Below, piece by piece: positions 35,948 to 45,558 of a stretch of DNA of 64,000 nucleotides; position 1 is the stretch's first letter, and each line of letters opens with the position of its first letter. Location of the stretch: NCBI GenBank assembly GCA_008080565.1, contig VIKE01000048.1, positions 15,911-79,910 of the forward strand, in the 5' to 3' direction. Origin of the DNA: Rhodocyclaceae bacterium. Lineage in GTDB: Bacteria > Pseudomonadota > Gammaproteobacteria > Burkholderiales > Rhodocyclaceae. Below the pieces are notes generated by a model. The model was not told where the DNA came from. It did no database searches and was given only the letters and a program-made list of their open reading frames with translations. The translations under genes and the position numbers were made by a program.

Positions 35948-37144
35948 TCATTGATCCCCTCGTGTCATCGCTGTCAATTTCTTGCGCCCAAGGGGTTGGA
36001 TCAAGGCACTGATGGATGATGCCTCGCCCAGCCCAAAAGCCAGGTTGCCTCGAATCTGGTTGGACAGTTCCTTCAGCATTGACAGTCGCTCATGCATGGC
36101 AGCAGGATCGGCCAGATCAGCCGGTGCAGAATCGATCTCATCCAGCAATTCCGGGAGGGAGTGAAACTTGACGCGAACCACGCCGACTAGCTCACCCTTG
36201 AGGTTCAGCACTGGGGAACCGCTGTTTCCCTTATTTACCGTGGCATCAACTCGAAACTGATGGCCGGTATGGGCGGAGATGTGGGCCGACACCAAGGTTG
36301 CATCGGTCGAGGAAAGCGGGAACCCGATGATGACAGCCCCATCTCCGACCATCGTCTTCAGGCTCCAGTCCAAAGGGATGGGGTCGCCCACCTTCTCTGG
36401 TACGGAAATCAAGGCCAGGTCATTTTCCGGGTCGGTGTAGATCACCTCGCCGGAAACCGCGTAATCCTTCTCGTAGGGATGAACTGAAACTGAGTCACAA
36501 TCATCAACCGAGTGAGCACACGTCAAAACATACGATCCGTCGCCGACCACGGTGCCGGTACTCTGAGCAAAGAACTTTTCCCCGTCGTGCTTGTACACGC
36601 GAACCACGCCGCTTTTTGCTTTGGCGAAGAGGCCGGTTGCAGGTAACACACCTCCCGTTCGCCGATGCTTCACGCTCAGTTTCCCAACGGCATTGGCCAA
36701 TTGCTTGGCATCGATCTTGGTCTCCAGGGATAAAAGATCAACCGCATCCAATACGACATGGTGTAGAGCGGCCTCGCCGATCCCTCCTGACTGGTAAAAA
36801 CCAGTGACCAGATAGCTGACATCAAAACCCAAACCTGCCAAGCCAACCAGCAAGTCAAAAGGGGCTGACTGCTGCTCTCGCATGACCTTCTTGAAGACCT
36901 TGCCGGTATCTACGCCGAGCGCCGCAACAACTTCGATCTGCGTCATCGACAAGCGTTTGAGTTCGCGCCGAACCTTTGTGGGGAACGGTGTCGCCGATGT
37001 TTCGGCATCCGCTTGCATCCGCCTCACCAAATTACGGCGCTGCTCCGGTGTCGCCTGCCGAATGGCGGTAAGGAACTGAAGTTCGTCGGCATTGAGCACG
37101 GTAGGCGAATCGGTTTCCATTGGGGTATCCAAAACAGAACTCAC
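35948..37144 (-). CDS. HTH-like domain fused to trypsin-like serine protease
   Basis: LTCAHSV, DLALI, GNSGSP triad; N-terminal LSMTQIEVVAALG..GFDVSYLVTG. Confidence 0.8.
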   Translation of the reverse strand: MSSVLDTPMETDSPTVLNADELQFLTAIRQATPEQRRNLVRRMQADAETSATPFPTKVRRELKRLSMTQIEVVAALGVDTGKVFKKVMREQQSAPFDLLVGLAGLGFDVSYLVTGFYQSGGIGEAALHHVVLDAVDLLSLETKIDAKQLANAVGKLSVKHRRTGGVLPATGLFAKAKSGVVRVYKHDGEKFFAQSTGTVVGDGSYVLTCAHSVDDCDSVSVHPYEKDYAVSGEVIYTDPENDLALISVPEKVGDPIPLDWSLKTMVGDGAVIIGFPLSSTDATLVSAHISAHTGHQFRVDATVNKGNSGSPVLNLKGELVGVVRVKFHSLPELLDEIDSAPADLADPAAMHERLSMLKELSNQIRGNLAFGLGEASSISALIQPLGRKKLTAMTRGDQ

Positions 37145-37536
37145 TGACCAGGCTGCAATAACCGCGCACGAAGCAAGTTGGCCAATTGAAGCAAATCACG
37201 ATTCATCGCCTTGGTTGTCCATTCCTGGAACGGACGCCAATGTTTTTCCGAGACCCGCACATCACTTGTGGTCAGGGTGTAGGTCATCGAGGCATCGTCA
37301 TCGAACTGGGCCAAAAGACGCCAACAGAAATTCAATGAACCATCGCCGTGCCCATAGGCCAGCATGCAGTGAATGCCGAAGGCAAGTTCAGCCGGGGCTT
37401 TGAACATCACAAACGGCTTGCTTGGCACAAACGCTCTGGGATGGCCCTCACAGGAATAGACCGTCCGTACATCCGGCATGGCGTTCAGGACATCGCAAAC
37501 CGGCCTGACACCCGGCTCAATGGCTGGATTACTCAT
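37141..37536 (-). CDS. hypothetical protein (TxxSCEGH motif)
   Basis: VRTVYSCEGH; start reassigned to MSNPA. Confidence 0.6.
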   Translation of the reverse strand: MSNPAIEPGVRPVCDVLNAMPDVRTVYSCEGHPRAFVPSKPFVMFKAPAELAFGIHCMLAYGHGDGSLNFCWRLLAQFDDDASMTYTLTTSDVRVSEKHWRPFQEWTTKAMNRDLLQLANLLRARLLQPGQ

Positions 37537-38008
37537 GGCAGGATTCTCTCTCCACCAAAACGGAATCTGGCACCACGAAGAACCCTTGCTTGCCAGTGAA
37601 GGGAATCGGCGTTTCCAGAGGCTCGTGCTCGACAAAATGCCATGCAAACCGGCCTGGCCAAAAGTTGCCAAAATATCCTGGCTCGGCCAGTTGCTCTGTG
37701 GGCAGAAAACCAGCCAGAACTGCTGTGCCAAGCAAACAACCACGGGGCATTTCCTTCAGATGACTGAAGCCCATCTGTTTCAGTGCCGCACAATATGCTT
37801 CCCAGGCAGCGTCAAGCGGCCCACCCTCAGCGCGTTCGCAGAGATATTCCATCATCTCTTCCAGATCGTCCGTAGCCTTCCCGGCATGAATCCAGATGCG
37901 CTGGCCAATCAGATTCGCCCACGGCTTCCATGAGCGCGTTTCATAGGGTTTGTGCAGGCCGGACATGAGCAAGGAGGCGTGTGGCTGCCAGATCGAGATC
38001 GCTTTCAT
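37529..38008 (-). CDS. ASCH domain protein
   Basis: KAISIWQPHASL, KPYETRSW, IWIHAGK, GKQGFF. Confidence 0.85.
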   Translation of the reverse strand: MKAISIWQPHASLLMSGLHKPYETRSWKPWANLIGQRIWIHAGKATDDLEEMMEYLCERAEGGPLDAAWEAYCAALKQMGFSHLKEMPRGCLLGTAVLAGFLPTEQLAEPGYFGNFWPGRFAWHFVEHEPLETPIPFTGKQGFFVVPDSVLVERESCHE

Positions 38009-38340
38009 CGTCCCTCTCCGAGAAGAGCTTCCATCATTTCAAGCGTCCGAGTCTTGGAGCCACGAAACTTCAGCGCTGATCCATGACCCTCATCCGCGAC
38101 AGACGGCGACTGAACAGGGATCACAAAGGCGAGGAAGGTTGTTCCATTCCCATCTGCCGGGCGGCTTTCCAGCGCATCCACAAGGCTCCGATTGCCAATA
38201 CCCAAAGGAACGGCAGCGCCGCCAATCCGAGCGTGCTCTTCGTCTTCGTAGCAGCCCCATGATTTACCACACTCGCAGGTACGCTGCTCGAAACGCAACT
38301 TGAGCACGTCTTGGCAGTGGGGGCAAAAGAGCAACTTCAT
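38005..38340 (-). CDS. Cys-rich hypothetical protein
   Basis: CPHCQD..CECGKSWG. Confidence 0.65.
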   Translation of the reverse strand: MKLLFCPHCQDVLKLRFEQRTCECGKSWGCYEDEEHARIGGAAVPLGIGNRSLVDALESRPADGNGTTFLAFVIPVQSPSVADEGHGSALKFRGSKTRTLEMMEALLGEGR

Positions 38341-39909
38341 CCGGGCACTTGCTCCGTAACGTTGCGGCTGAAAAACGAGGAGAAAGATTCGACATCGACT
38401 CGGAGAGGCACTTCTTCAACTGACCACCCGGCACCGTTGGTGCCAAGCTCAAGTTGTTTGTCGTGATCGACCATCAATTCCTCGATCTTTTCCCGTTCTG
38501 GGTAATCAAGTCCTGTTGTGCATCCTTCGGCCACTTGATCAGCAGCTTCTTGTAGTTTCGCTTCCAGGAAGGCGACATGAGCTTCCGCTGCCTCCTTGGT
38601 TGGCCACGAGGTCAAAGTCCAAGTCGTGTCTTCCTTGTAGCCATATCGCGTGCCCGTAACGATGAAAATCGATGCAGGCATCGCAGCCTTGCGCTGCTGC
38701 TCTACCGATAGGATGTGATCAATCCCCCAGCGAATCTTCTCTGCAAAGGCAACGCCATCCACAGTCGGAGCGTTGTAGCCTCCAACACCAAGGTAGATGG
38801 CCAATGCCCGTAAGGCATCTTCGCAGCTATCCAGGCGATGCCGCAAGGAAATTTCAAGGGGATGACGAACTGGGGTCGTGACGGCTTCCTCAACAGAGGC
38901 GCATTCATGCCATAGCGCATGTTTGCGAAAAACACGGCTCAGGCTTTCGCATTCACCTACGAGAAATACAGGCGTGCCTGCCATCAAGGCCGCGCCAGCC
39001 TCAAGAAGCGCTCCCTTCAAGATTTCGCCTGGCTGGCAAAACAACACGAGACGTTCGGCCTTGGCGATTTCATTCAGGCAGCGCTCAGACAGTTCCGCAT
39101 AGTCTGCCGTAAGCCCGAAGCGCTTGCCAGCGAGGGGCGTGTATTACCTTGGAGGCAAAATAGATACCGCTGCGCACCAGAGAACGATCCTCCCTGGAAG
39201 CGATACGCAAGACGGCCTCCGCTTTAGCCAAGTCGAACTCGTTATTCGTCCGAACCCCTGACTCCATGTCGATCCAGAAAGGAAGATCACGCCATGCCGT
39301 TGCCGCTTCGCGGATGCGCGGCAACTCTTCGTCAAGAACATCCGGCCCCAGCCCACCCGCGTAACCACAAAAGAGCGGAACCGAGCCAACAGTGGACATC
39401 GGAGGCCAAAACTCGGGGCGTTGCCCGGTGCCCTTCGATGCATCGTAAAGAAGGGCAATGCGGGACAGGCTTTCCGGAGACGCATCGGCAACAAACTTCT
39501 GAATGATTCGCCACGACCCATCGTGATGCTGAAGGATCAGGTGCAGACCAGCATCAAGCAGCTTGCGATAGATTGCCAACACCTCTTCGTCAGAAAACTC
39601 CGGACGACGGGCATTGATGTTCAACTGAATACGGCTGTAGCGCGACAACTCGGCAATTCGCGCCTCGGATGTTTCCGGAGTCAAAAGCTCACGAAAAATC
39701 TGCGTTCCGCACAAATGCGCCGCCGTATGCAGGCCCAATGACAGAAATTTTTCCCGCCATTGCGCCGATGGATTGCGTGGGGTTCCTTCTTTCTCGGGGA
39801 AAACAAGAATGGCCCACTCAGCGAACGGATACTGGGCCGAGAGCGCAGCCAATGATTCCGGGGTAACGTGGTCGTCCGCGCCGGTCAGAGATACAAGTTC
39901 GAGGCTCAA
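38337..39909 (-). pseudogene. frameshifted paralog of the TIM-barrel/NDT-like protein 61358-62467, with extra C-terminal domain
   Basis: Co-linear until RWQALRA; ~50-nt deletion near 39110 shifts frame; TADYAELSERCL resumes in the other frame. Confidence 0.8.
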
Positions 39910-39910
39910 T

Positions 39911-40114
39911 TCACTTCTCCTTGGCTGTGTCAGATTGTCGGTTCAAGGCAAGCTCCCAGCCCGCCTCACCCCAGGACGCTTGGCAATACTGACAGTAGCG
40001 CATCAAACCAGAAGCTGTTGCTTTCCACTGCGTCACGCCGTTTTTCCCGCAGCAAGGGCATAGGTGCCGTTTCGGTTTTTTGGCTCCATAGCCCTGTCCT
40101 GCACGAACACCCAT
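39911..40114 (-). CDS. small Zn-finger protein
   Basis: CPCCGK..CQYC; GGAGG SD. Confidence 0.55.
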   Translation of the reverse strand: MGVRAGQGYGAKKPKRHLCPCCGKNGVTQWKATASGLMRYCQYCQASWGEAGWELALNRQSDTAKEK

Positions 40115-40124
40115 ACCAACCTCC

Positions 40125-40624
40125 TCAAATCCCGCACTTGTGGGTACGAACGATCTTCGTGCCCTCAAAGTAGTAGAAATACACATCGCCATAGCAACCA
40201 TGCTTGTCGATCAGGCGGGAGATGACCTGACCACGCCTGATGCCCCAGCCCTTGTAGACGCCCTTTACCGGGCCGTTTTCGTTTTCGCCGACATAGTGAA
40301 CCGACCGCAGCAATTCGAAACTACGATATCGGGTCGCCTTCTCATGGCCGAGCAGCCAGTCCATGTAGCGAGCGTGATTCTGCGGTTCAAGAAAATGCTC
40401 CGGAGGATGTCGGTCATAGAGCCGCCCATAACGCCGCTCCTTACCTTGCAGTCCAGCTTCCCAACCAAGAGCAATGTCAGTATTCCAGCGACCAAGTAGC
40501 AGACACAGCGCTCCGGCGTCCATCCGCGATGCTTCAGTACGCGCTCAGGCCAATCGCCAAACGCGACCACGATCCCGGCATTACGTCCTGCCGGAATCCG
40601 GTAGTAGCGAACCATATGAATCAC
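40125..40624 (-). pseudogene. hypothetical protein, possibly frameshifted near 40500
   Basis: Two overlapping ORFs; one has the coupled start, the other the C-terminus. Confidence 0.35.
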
Positions 40625-40857
40625 GGCTGAGCCGCCTTCGCTTTTTCGACACGCTCAGCGCAGCGCATGCCCATCGCAAAACCGAGCCACGTCGTATCGG
40701 TATCAGGGTTTGCGTAATGGCTGAAACTGTCATTGATCGTGATCGCGCCCAGCGGCGTATTGGCAGCAAAAGCAGGCGTCCCCTTGATCATGCCTTCGAA
40801 ATAGGCACGCATGGTTTCGACTGAAATACAACCCGGATAGTCTTTGACGTTGAGCAT
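40621..40857 (-). CDS. hypothetical protein, first cargo gene
   Basis: AAGGAG SD before MLNVK; downstream of P1. Confidence 0.7.
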   Translation of the reverse strand: MLNVKDYPGCISVETMRAYFEGMIKGTPAFAANTPLGAITINDSFSHYANPDTDTTWLGFAMGMRCAERVEKAKAAQP

Positions 40858-40882
40858 TTTGACTCCTTGCACCATGGACTGT

Positions 40883-40911
40883 AGTATAAACGCATTGCGT
40901 TTATTTTGCAA
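40883..40911 (-). promoter_or_regulatory. cargo promoter P1 TTGCAA-N17-TATACT with perfect palindrome
   Basis: ATAAACGCA-A-TGCGTTTAT at 40886-40904. Confidence 0.8.
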
Positions 40912-40937
40912 GGTGCCAAATGCATACATCTGGCTGT

Positions 40938-43670
40938 TTATTGCATCGGTGCATCAGCGAGAGCGAACGACCAATCCGGATGCATTCCACGTTTTTTGAG
41001 CAACACTTCCCCTTGCTCGGTAACTCCCGGTGAAATCGTGTCCAGTCGGCCAAGCATCTCCGAGACACGGTTTCGGAGAATTTCGATATGGAACTGCTGA
41101 TCGTCAGTTTCATCGCCCTCAAGTGCTGACGACTCCATACTGCTCAGTAGGTATTCGCGGTAACTGAGCAGCTTCCAGGCATGCTCAGGATCGGCCACAA
41201 GCCGGAAGAATTTGCACCAAACGCAACTCAGGAAGTCCGCGCAGACTCGTGATGCGGCACCTTTTTCGGTATGCAGTTTCTTGTGGTCCTTGTTGTAGCG
41301 ATCAACTTCCGCGTCGTTGCCACTGGAGGCACATTCACCGACTGGGGTATGCTGCAAATCCGGGCCGGGTTCCGTGATGATGACAATTTCCTTGGCAATT
41401 TCTTTGCCGGTGAAATACTTACCCATCACGTCGACGGCCTTGCCCAATGTGTAACGCGATTGGTTTTCATCGATCCGGTAATAGTGCGATTCGAAGGTTT
41501 TGAAGTTGTGCTTCGATGCCGCCTCGTAGGCTTGCAAATCCTTCTGCACCTGGCGGTAAAGGTGGTTCACGCCACCCTTACGAATCTTCTTGGTGTCGAA
41601 CGTAAGCGAGCTTCCCCGGCGTTCCAGGTAATAGGTGAGCGTCTTGGCGGCACTAGCCCCAAGCCTTTCAATGCCAAGGCCTTCCCTGTCCACAAGGAAA
41701 ACGTAATTCCGGAACGGATTATCCAAGGGCAGCGAGTCCCGTAACGAGGCCGTTAGGGTGTCTCGAACCATCATTAGATCGGCGACCGCGCTCTTCATGG
41801 CAGCGGCATTCGTTTCTGGGTCTGAAAACGTGTACCCATCGGATCGATATCCAGCCCGTGCTTTTCTAAGCACCACGGTCACCACCCCGTTTGGATTGAG
41901 TGCCGAAGGCGCTCGCACGATATCATCGCACTCGATACCAAGCGTAGGGGCTAGGTTCCATCCGGTTTTCAGAAGAATTCGACCCAGCAGCAAAACAGCC
42001 TTGAAATCCTCCGTGGTCTCCGTATCCAACAAGCCACACTCGATGTGATAGGCAATCTCCCGGCATTGTTCGGCGCTGTAATAGTCGTCCGTGTTCAACC
42101 TTTTGAGATGCTTTGCCGTCTTGGTCTGCGTGATCGGGAAAGCTTCAACGACATGGAAACCGAACTTGTCCAGGAGCCATGTGACGCTGGATTTGTAGGT
42201 ATAGGCCGTGGATGTCGTCAATACCCCTGTCTTTGCGGTGTTTTGCAGGAAGAGCCACAACACTTTTTGCAATTTGTGGCCAGGGAGGTCAAAAGCTTTC
42301 ATCCCGTGGTTTTCCAGCAGTCCAAGATGCTCAGCAGAGAGCGATTCCTTGGCAAGCATCATCGCTGCCTTGAATTGTGTGAACTGATGATAGACGGTAG
42401 TGCTGTTGTATGACTTCTGGTCAATGGATTGCTTCTGATCTTCTAGGAAAGCGGCCATGTCGTCGTAGAGCTTGACCGAAATCTCACGAATTGGCCCGTA
42501 ATCGCAGTAGGTCGGGCGAGCAGAAAACTCGTTATCGAACGTCAAGCGATAAGGAAGGGAAATTTCCGTCCATCTTGGAACTTCTGGGAACAGTTGCTCA
42601 ATCAAATCCTTGATAGACGTGAAGGTTCGCGCTTCGACGCGGGTTTCTCCACTCAGCCATCGAAGCAATCGAAGGTTGTTATCGATGAAAACACAAACAC
42701 CTTGTTCCTTTAGAGCAACCGCATCCTGATCAGAAAGATATGGGTAGCAATCGTGGATGGCCCGCTGAACCGCTGTCAGCTTATCCTTGAACGATTGAGG
42801 TTTGCGCCCCTTCAAGGGTGTCGCCGAGAGCAAATCACCGAATCGTTTCATGTCACCGAACAGCGTCGTTGAGAGATCGTAGGTCTCCGTCAGATCGGCT
42901 GCATGCCCATGCACCAAAACCCACTTTCGACCCCATCGCACGGGGTCATGCTGTTCCAGCACAGACTCCAAGGCAGTAGGCGATTGCCAGGTTCTAACTT
43001 CCTGCATCACCTTGTCGAGTAGGGCCGAGTCCTTTTCGAAGGCATCAAACCCATGAGCCTTCAGTGCATTTACAGCGGCCTCGTTTTTGACCAGGAGGGC
43101 AAGGATTGCATAGGAATGGTGCTTCACCGCCATCGCGGTCGACGGCAATTCTTCCTTGGCGTCCAGGGACAGAATCAACTGTTTGAAATACAGCAGGAAG
43201 GAAGGCGAAACCCGATATAGGTCACCCACGTCGGAGGTGCCAAAGCGCAATCTCAGAATGCTTGGCGGGATCAACCCAGGCTCATTCTTGTGAATGGAAT
43301 ACAAGAAATTGAAGGTGCGGGCAGTTGAATTCCCCCTCTGGGGTTTCGGGCCAGGCAGGGTCAGCGACTTGCCTTCAAGGTCCGCCCACACCGCTTCTAT
43401 ACTCAGCGCCGCTAACCCGTCCCGCGCCAATGCTGAAAGGTGTTCCGGCTCCAATGCCGCTGCCACCTCCGGTAACGCTGGCAAGAATCGTGACAGGAAG
43501 GTTCTTACCGTGGCAGGCTTCACTTGCCACCGATCCGGATCAGCCCGGTATGTTTCAATGGCTCGCGCTACATCGCTCGCAAAACGATGGGAAATATCAA
43601 CAGCGCGTTGAAGGTTGATCGTGCCGCCATGCTTGCCACGATGGCTGGCGTCCAGATTTTCCACCCTCAT
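40938..43670 (-). CDS. very large degenerate tyrosine-recombinase-family protein (GinB/SE CDS2-like)
   Basis: 910 aa; KTGWNL, KARAG, KIRKGG, KHNFKTFESHYY, CADFLSCVWC; ATGA-coupled to first integrase. Confidence 0.8.
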   Translation of the reverse strand: MRVENLDASHRGKHGGTINLQRAVDISHRFASDVARAIETYRADPDRWQVKPATVRTFLSRFLPALPEVAAALEPEHLSALARDGLAALSIEAVWADLEGKSLTLPGPKPQRGNSTARTFNFLYSIHKNEPGLIPPSILRLRFGTSDVGDLYRVSPSFLLYFKQLILSLDAKEELPSTAMAVKHHSYAILALLVKNEAAVNALKAHGFDAFEKDSALLDKVMQEVRTWQSPTALESVLEQHDPVRWGRKWVLVHGHAADLTETYDLSTTLFGDMKRFGDLLSATPLKGRKPQSFKDKLTAVQRAIHDCYPYLSDQDAVALKEQGVCVFIDNNLRLLRWLSGETRVEARTFTSIKDLIEQLFPEVPRWTEISLPYRLTFDNEFSARPTYCDYGPIREISVKLYDDMAAFLEDQKQSIDQKSYNSTTVYHQFTQFKAAMMLAKESLSAEHLGLLENHGMKAFDLPGHKLQKVLWLFLQNTAKTGVLTTSTAYTYKSSVTWLLDKFGFHVVEAFPITQTKTAKHLKRLNTDDYYSAEQCREIAYHIECGLLDTETTEDFKAVLLLGRILLKTGWNLAPTLGIECDDIVRAPSALNPNGVVTVVLRKARAGYRSDGYTFSDPETNAAAMKSAVADLMMVRDTLTASLRDSLPLDNPFRNYVFLVDREGLGIERLGASAAKTLTYYLERRGSSLTFDTKKIRKGGVNHLYRQVQKDLQAYEAASKHNFKTFESHYYRIDENQSRYTLGKAVDVMGKYFTGKEIAKEIVIITEPGPDLQHTPVGECASSGNDAEVDRYNKDHKKLHTEKGAASRVCADFLSCVWCKFFRLVADPEHAWKLLSYREYLLSSMESSALEGDETDDQQFHIEILRNRVSEMLGRLDTISPGVTEQGEVLLKKRGMHPDWSFALADAPMQ

Positions 43671-45088
43671 GCTGACACTCCCTGCGCATGCGCCTTGGCT
43701 TCGGCAGACAGTGTTGGATTCAGGTCGCTGAAAATACGATCCACCCAATCTTCCATCTGGCTTTCAAACGTGACTGACCGAGCAAAATTGATGTATTTCA
43801 ATGTCGATGAGAAGTTCTCATGCCCCATCAACGCCATGAGCTTGTACTGGATGAAGCCAAGCGGCAGATGCTTTTCCAGCATGAAGCGGGCAAGGCTGGT
43901 CGCAAATGTCGCCCGGAGATCGTGAAAGCCTCGTTCGAATGACTGACCGACCGTGAGTTGTTCTTCTACAACCTTGGATGCTGCATTGGTAATCGACTTG
44001 CTCTTGATGCCACCGCCAGAGCGGTTAAGGAATAACGGGCGGCGCTGCCCAGACCCCTTACGCAAATCCCACTTGGCAGCACGTCTCAATCGCTCCGGAG
44101 AATTCTTGAACTCCCAGAGGGATTTCATCAAAAACCGAGGAATCAGAATTTTCCGTTCCTTGTTGAATTTCCCAAGAATGGTCGCCTCGAACACCGTTTT
44201 GTCAGCCAAAGCGGGATCGACCACGATATCTTCTGGGAACCCGGCCACTTCCATGGCACGAAGGCCGCACGCCAGACCTAACTCACCCCAGAGTTTCCGG
44301 TTCTCAAGCTGCATGTATTTGCTATCGAAAAACACTCGAAGCTCAGCCGCCGTATATGGTGTCAAGGCTTCCCCAAGCGCCTCGTTTTTCGACTTGTACT
44401 TCTTCGGGATGGTCAGGTCGCTGGTCTGAATCATCAGTGCCTTTTCATCTTGGAAGGTGCTGAACAGGAGATCGAAATCTCCATCCTTCCGAGGCTTCTT
44501 GATCGCAACACGGGAATAGGTAAAAGGGATGCGCTCGATCCGGCGTGTCTTCAACGCCCACTCATAGAACTGTCGAATGTGACTGAGGTAGAGATTGGCG
44601 GTGTCCCGCGAGATATCCTCCCGCTTCACCCGCTCAATCAATACCGTCCTGTACCGGTAAGGGGGAAGCCATTCCTTTGCCTTTTCGCTATCGGCGACGG
44701 CATACACTTCCCGCCAGTCCGTGCTTGTCTCAGCCAGCCAAGCAAGGAAACCGCGCAGCGAGTTGGCAATACCACAGAGGGTATCGACAGTAACGCCACC
44801 GCGTACATTGCGCTTGCCGCCCTTCTTGGGAGGTAGAAACTTGCCACGGTAGCGATGCTCCATGAACAGGTTCATCTCAAGGCCGTCAATGATTCGGGCT
44901 GGGCAGAATAAGAGGGGGAACCCTTCCACCACATGATCGCGGTGAAAACGGATGTCACGAATTTCCGCCGTTTCACTCTTCATGGTGATCTCGGCCAATC
45001 CATCAAAATAGGGTAAGTCGCCGAGGTTGATCGAAACACGAACGACCTGAACCAACGACGACGGTAGAACTTGCGGAACGGAATCCAT
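43667..45088 (-). CDS. tyrosine recombinase (GinA/IntA-like)
   Basis: GLRAME, GKFNKER, FHDLRATF, LMGH..STLKY. Confidence 0.92.
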   Translation of the reverse strand: MDSVPQVLPSSLVQVVRVSINLGDLPYFDGLAEITMKSETAEIRDIRFHRDHVVEGFPLLFCPARIIDGLEMNLFMEHRYRGKFLPPKKGGKRNVRGGVTVDTLCGIANSLRGFLAWLAETSTDWREVYAVADSEKAKEWLPPYRYRTVLIERVKREDISRDTANLYLSHIRQFYEWALKTRRIERIPFTYSRVAIKKPRKDGDFDLLFSTFQDEKALMIQTSDLTIPKKYKSKNEALGEALTPYTAAELRVFFDSKYMQLENRKLWGELGLACGLRAMEVAGFPEDIVVDPALADKTVFEATILGKFNKERKILIPRFLMKSLWEFKNSPERLRRAAKWDLRKGSGQRRPLFLNRSGGGIKSKSITNAASKVVEEQLTVGQSFERGFHDLRATFATSLARFMLEKHLPLGFIQYKLMALMGHENFSSTLKYINFARSVTFESQMEDWVDRIFSDLNPTLSAEAKAHAQGVSA

Positions 45089-45435
45089 CAGCCGACCCCC
45101 CCGATTCCGTCTTCAGCGGCATCAAGGCAAATCTTCACGGCCTGCACAAACCCGAGGCCGGTGATGTGGCGAACAAAATCAACGGCACCTCCGCCGCCAC
45201 GGTTCGGGGTGCCATCCGGCAGAAGCTCGTTGACGAACTTTTCACCGGTCAAGATAAAGCGGAAATCGCGGCCCTGGTAGCCGACTTGGACACGGATGCT
45301 TTTCCGACCAGGATCGAGTGGTTCATATTCACGATCAACCTTGTGGTACGCGCCAATGAAGTCCAGCACCTTCGAGAAACGCACGCGCCTGGCTTGGTTG
45401 ATCTGGTCGGTATTCCACGGCCCCATGAAAAGCAC
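45088..45435 (-). CDS. small protein resembling a primase N-terminal domain
   Basis: GGGGAVDFVRHITGLGFVQAV; TGATG-coupled to integrase. Confidence 0.7.
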   Translation of the reverse strand: MLFMGPWNTDQINQARRVRFSKVLDFIGAYHKVDREYEPLDPGRKSIRVQVGYQGRDFRFILTGEKFVNELLPDGTPNRGGGGAVDFVRHITGLGFVQAVKICLDAAEDGIGGVG

Positions 45436-45558
45436 TCCTGAACAGCACTACTGGATTTGGATATAGAGCAAGGCAAATAGCCCCGATCCAGTGTAACACT
45501 TTCAGTTCTTGATACAAAAGGACGTTAGTTTATAAATACCGTAGGTGGCACTACCCGG

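Larger units (their letters stand above)
26187..45558 (-). mobile_element. GInt/SE-type multi-tyrosine-recombinase integrative element (19,372 bp) with 6-bp footprint at 26181-26186
   Basis: Three Tyr-recombinase-family genes plus small accessory gene; removing it and the footprint restores the host ORF; ends CCGGGTAGTG and (rc) CCCTCTAGGG. Confidence 0.85.

Noticed and set aside
28744-40860. Integron-like cassette array or prophage
   Set aside because: Genes overlap or abut with no attC-like repeats; no IntI, capsid, terminase or tail genes
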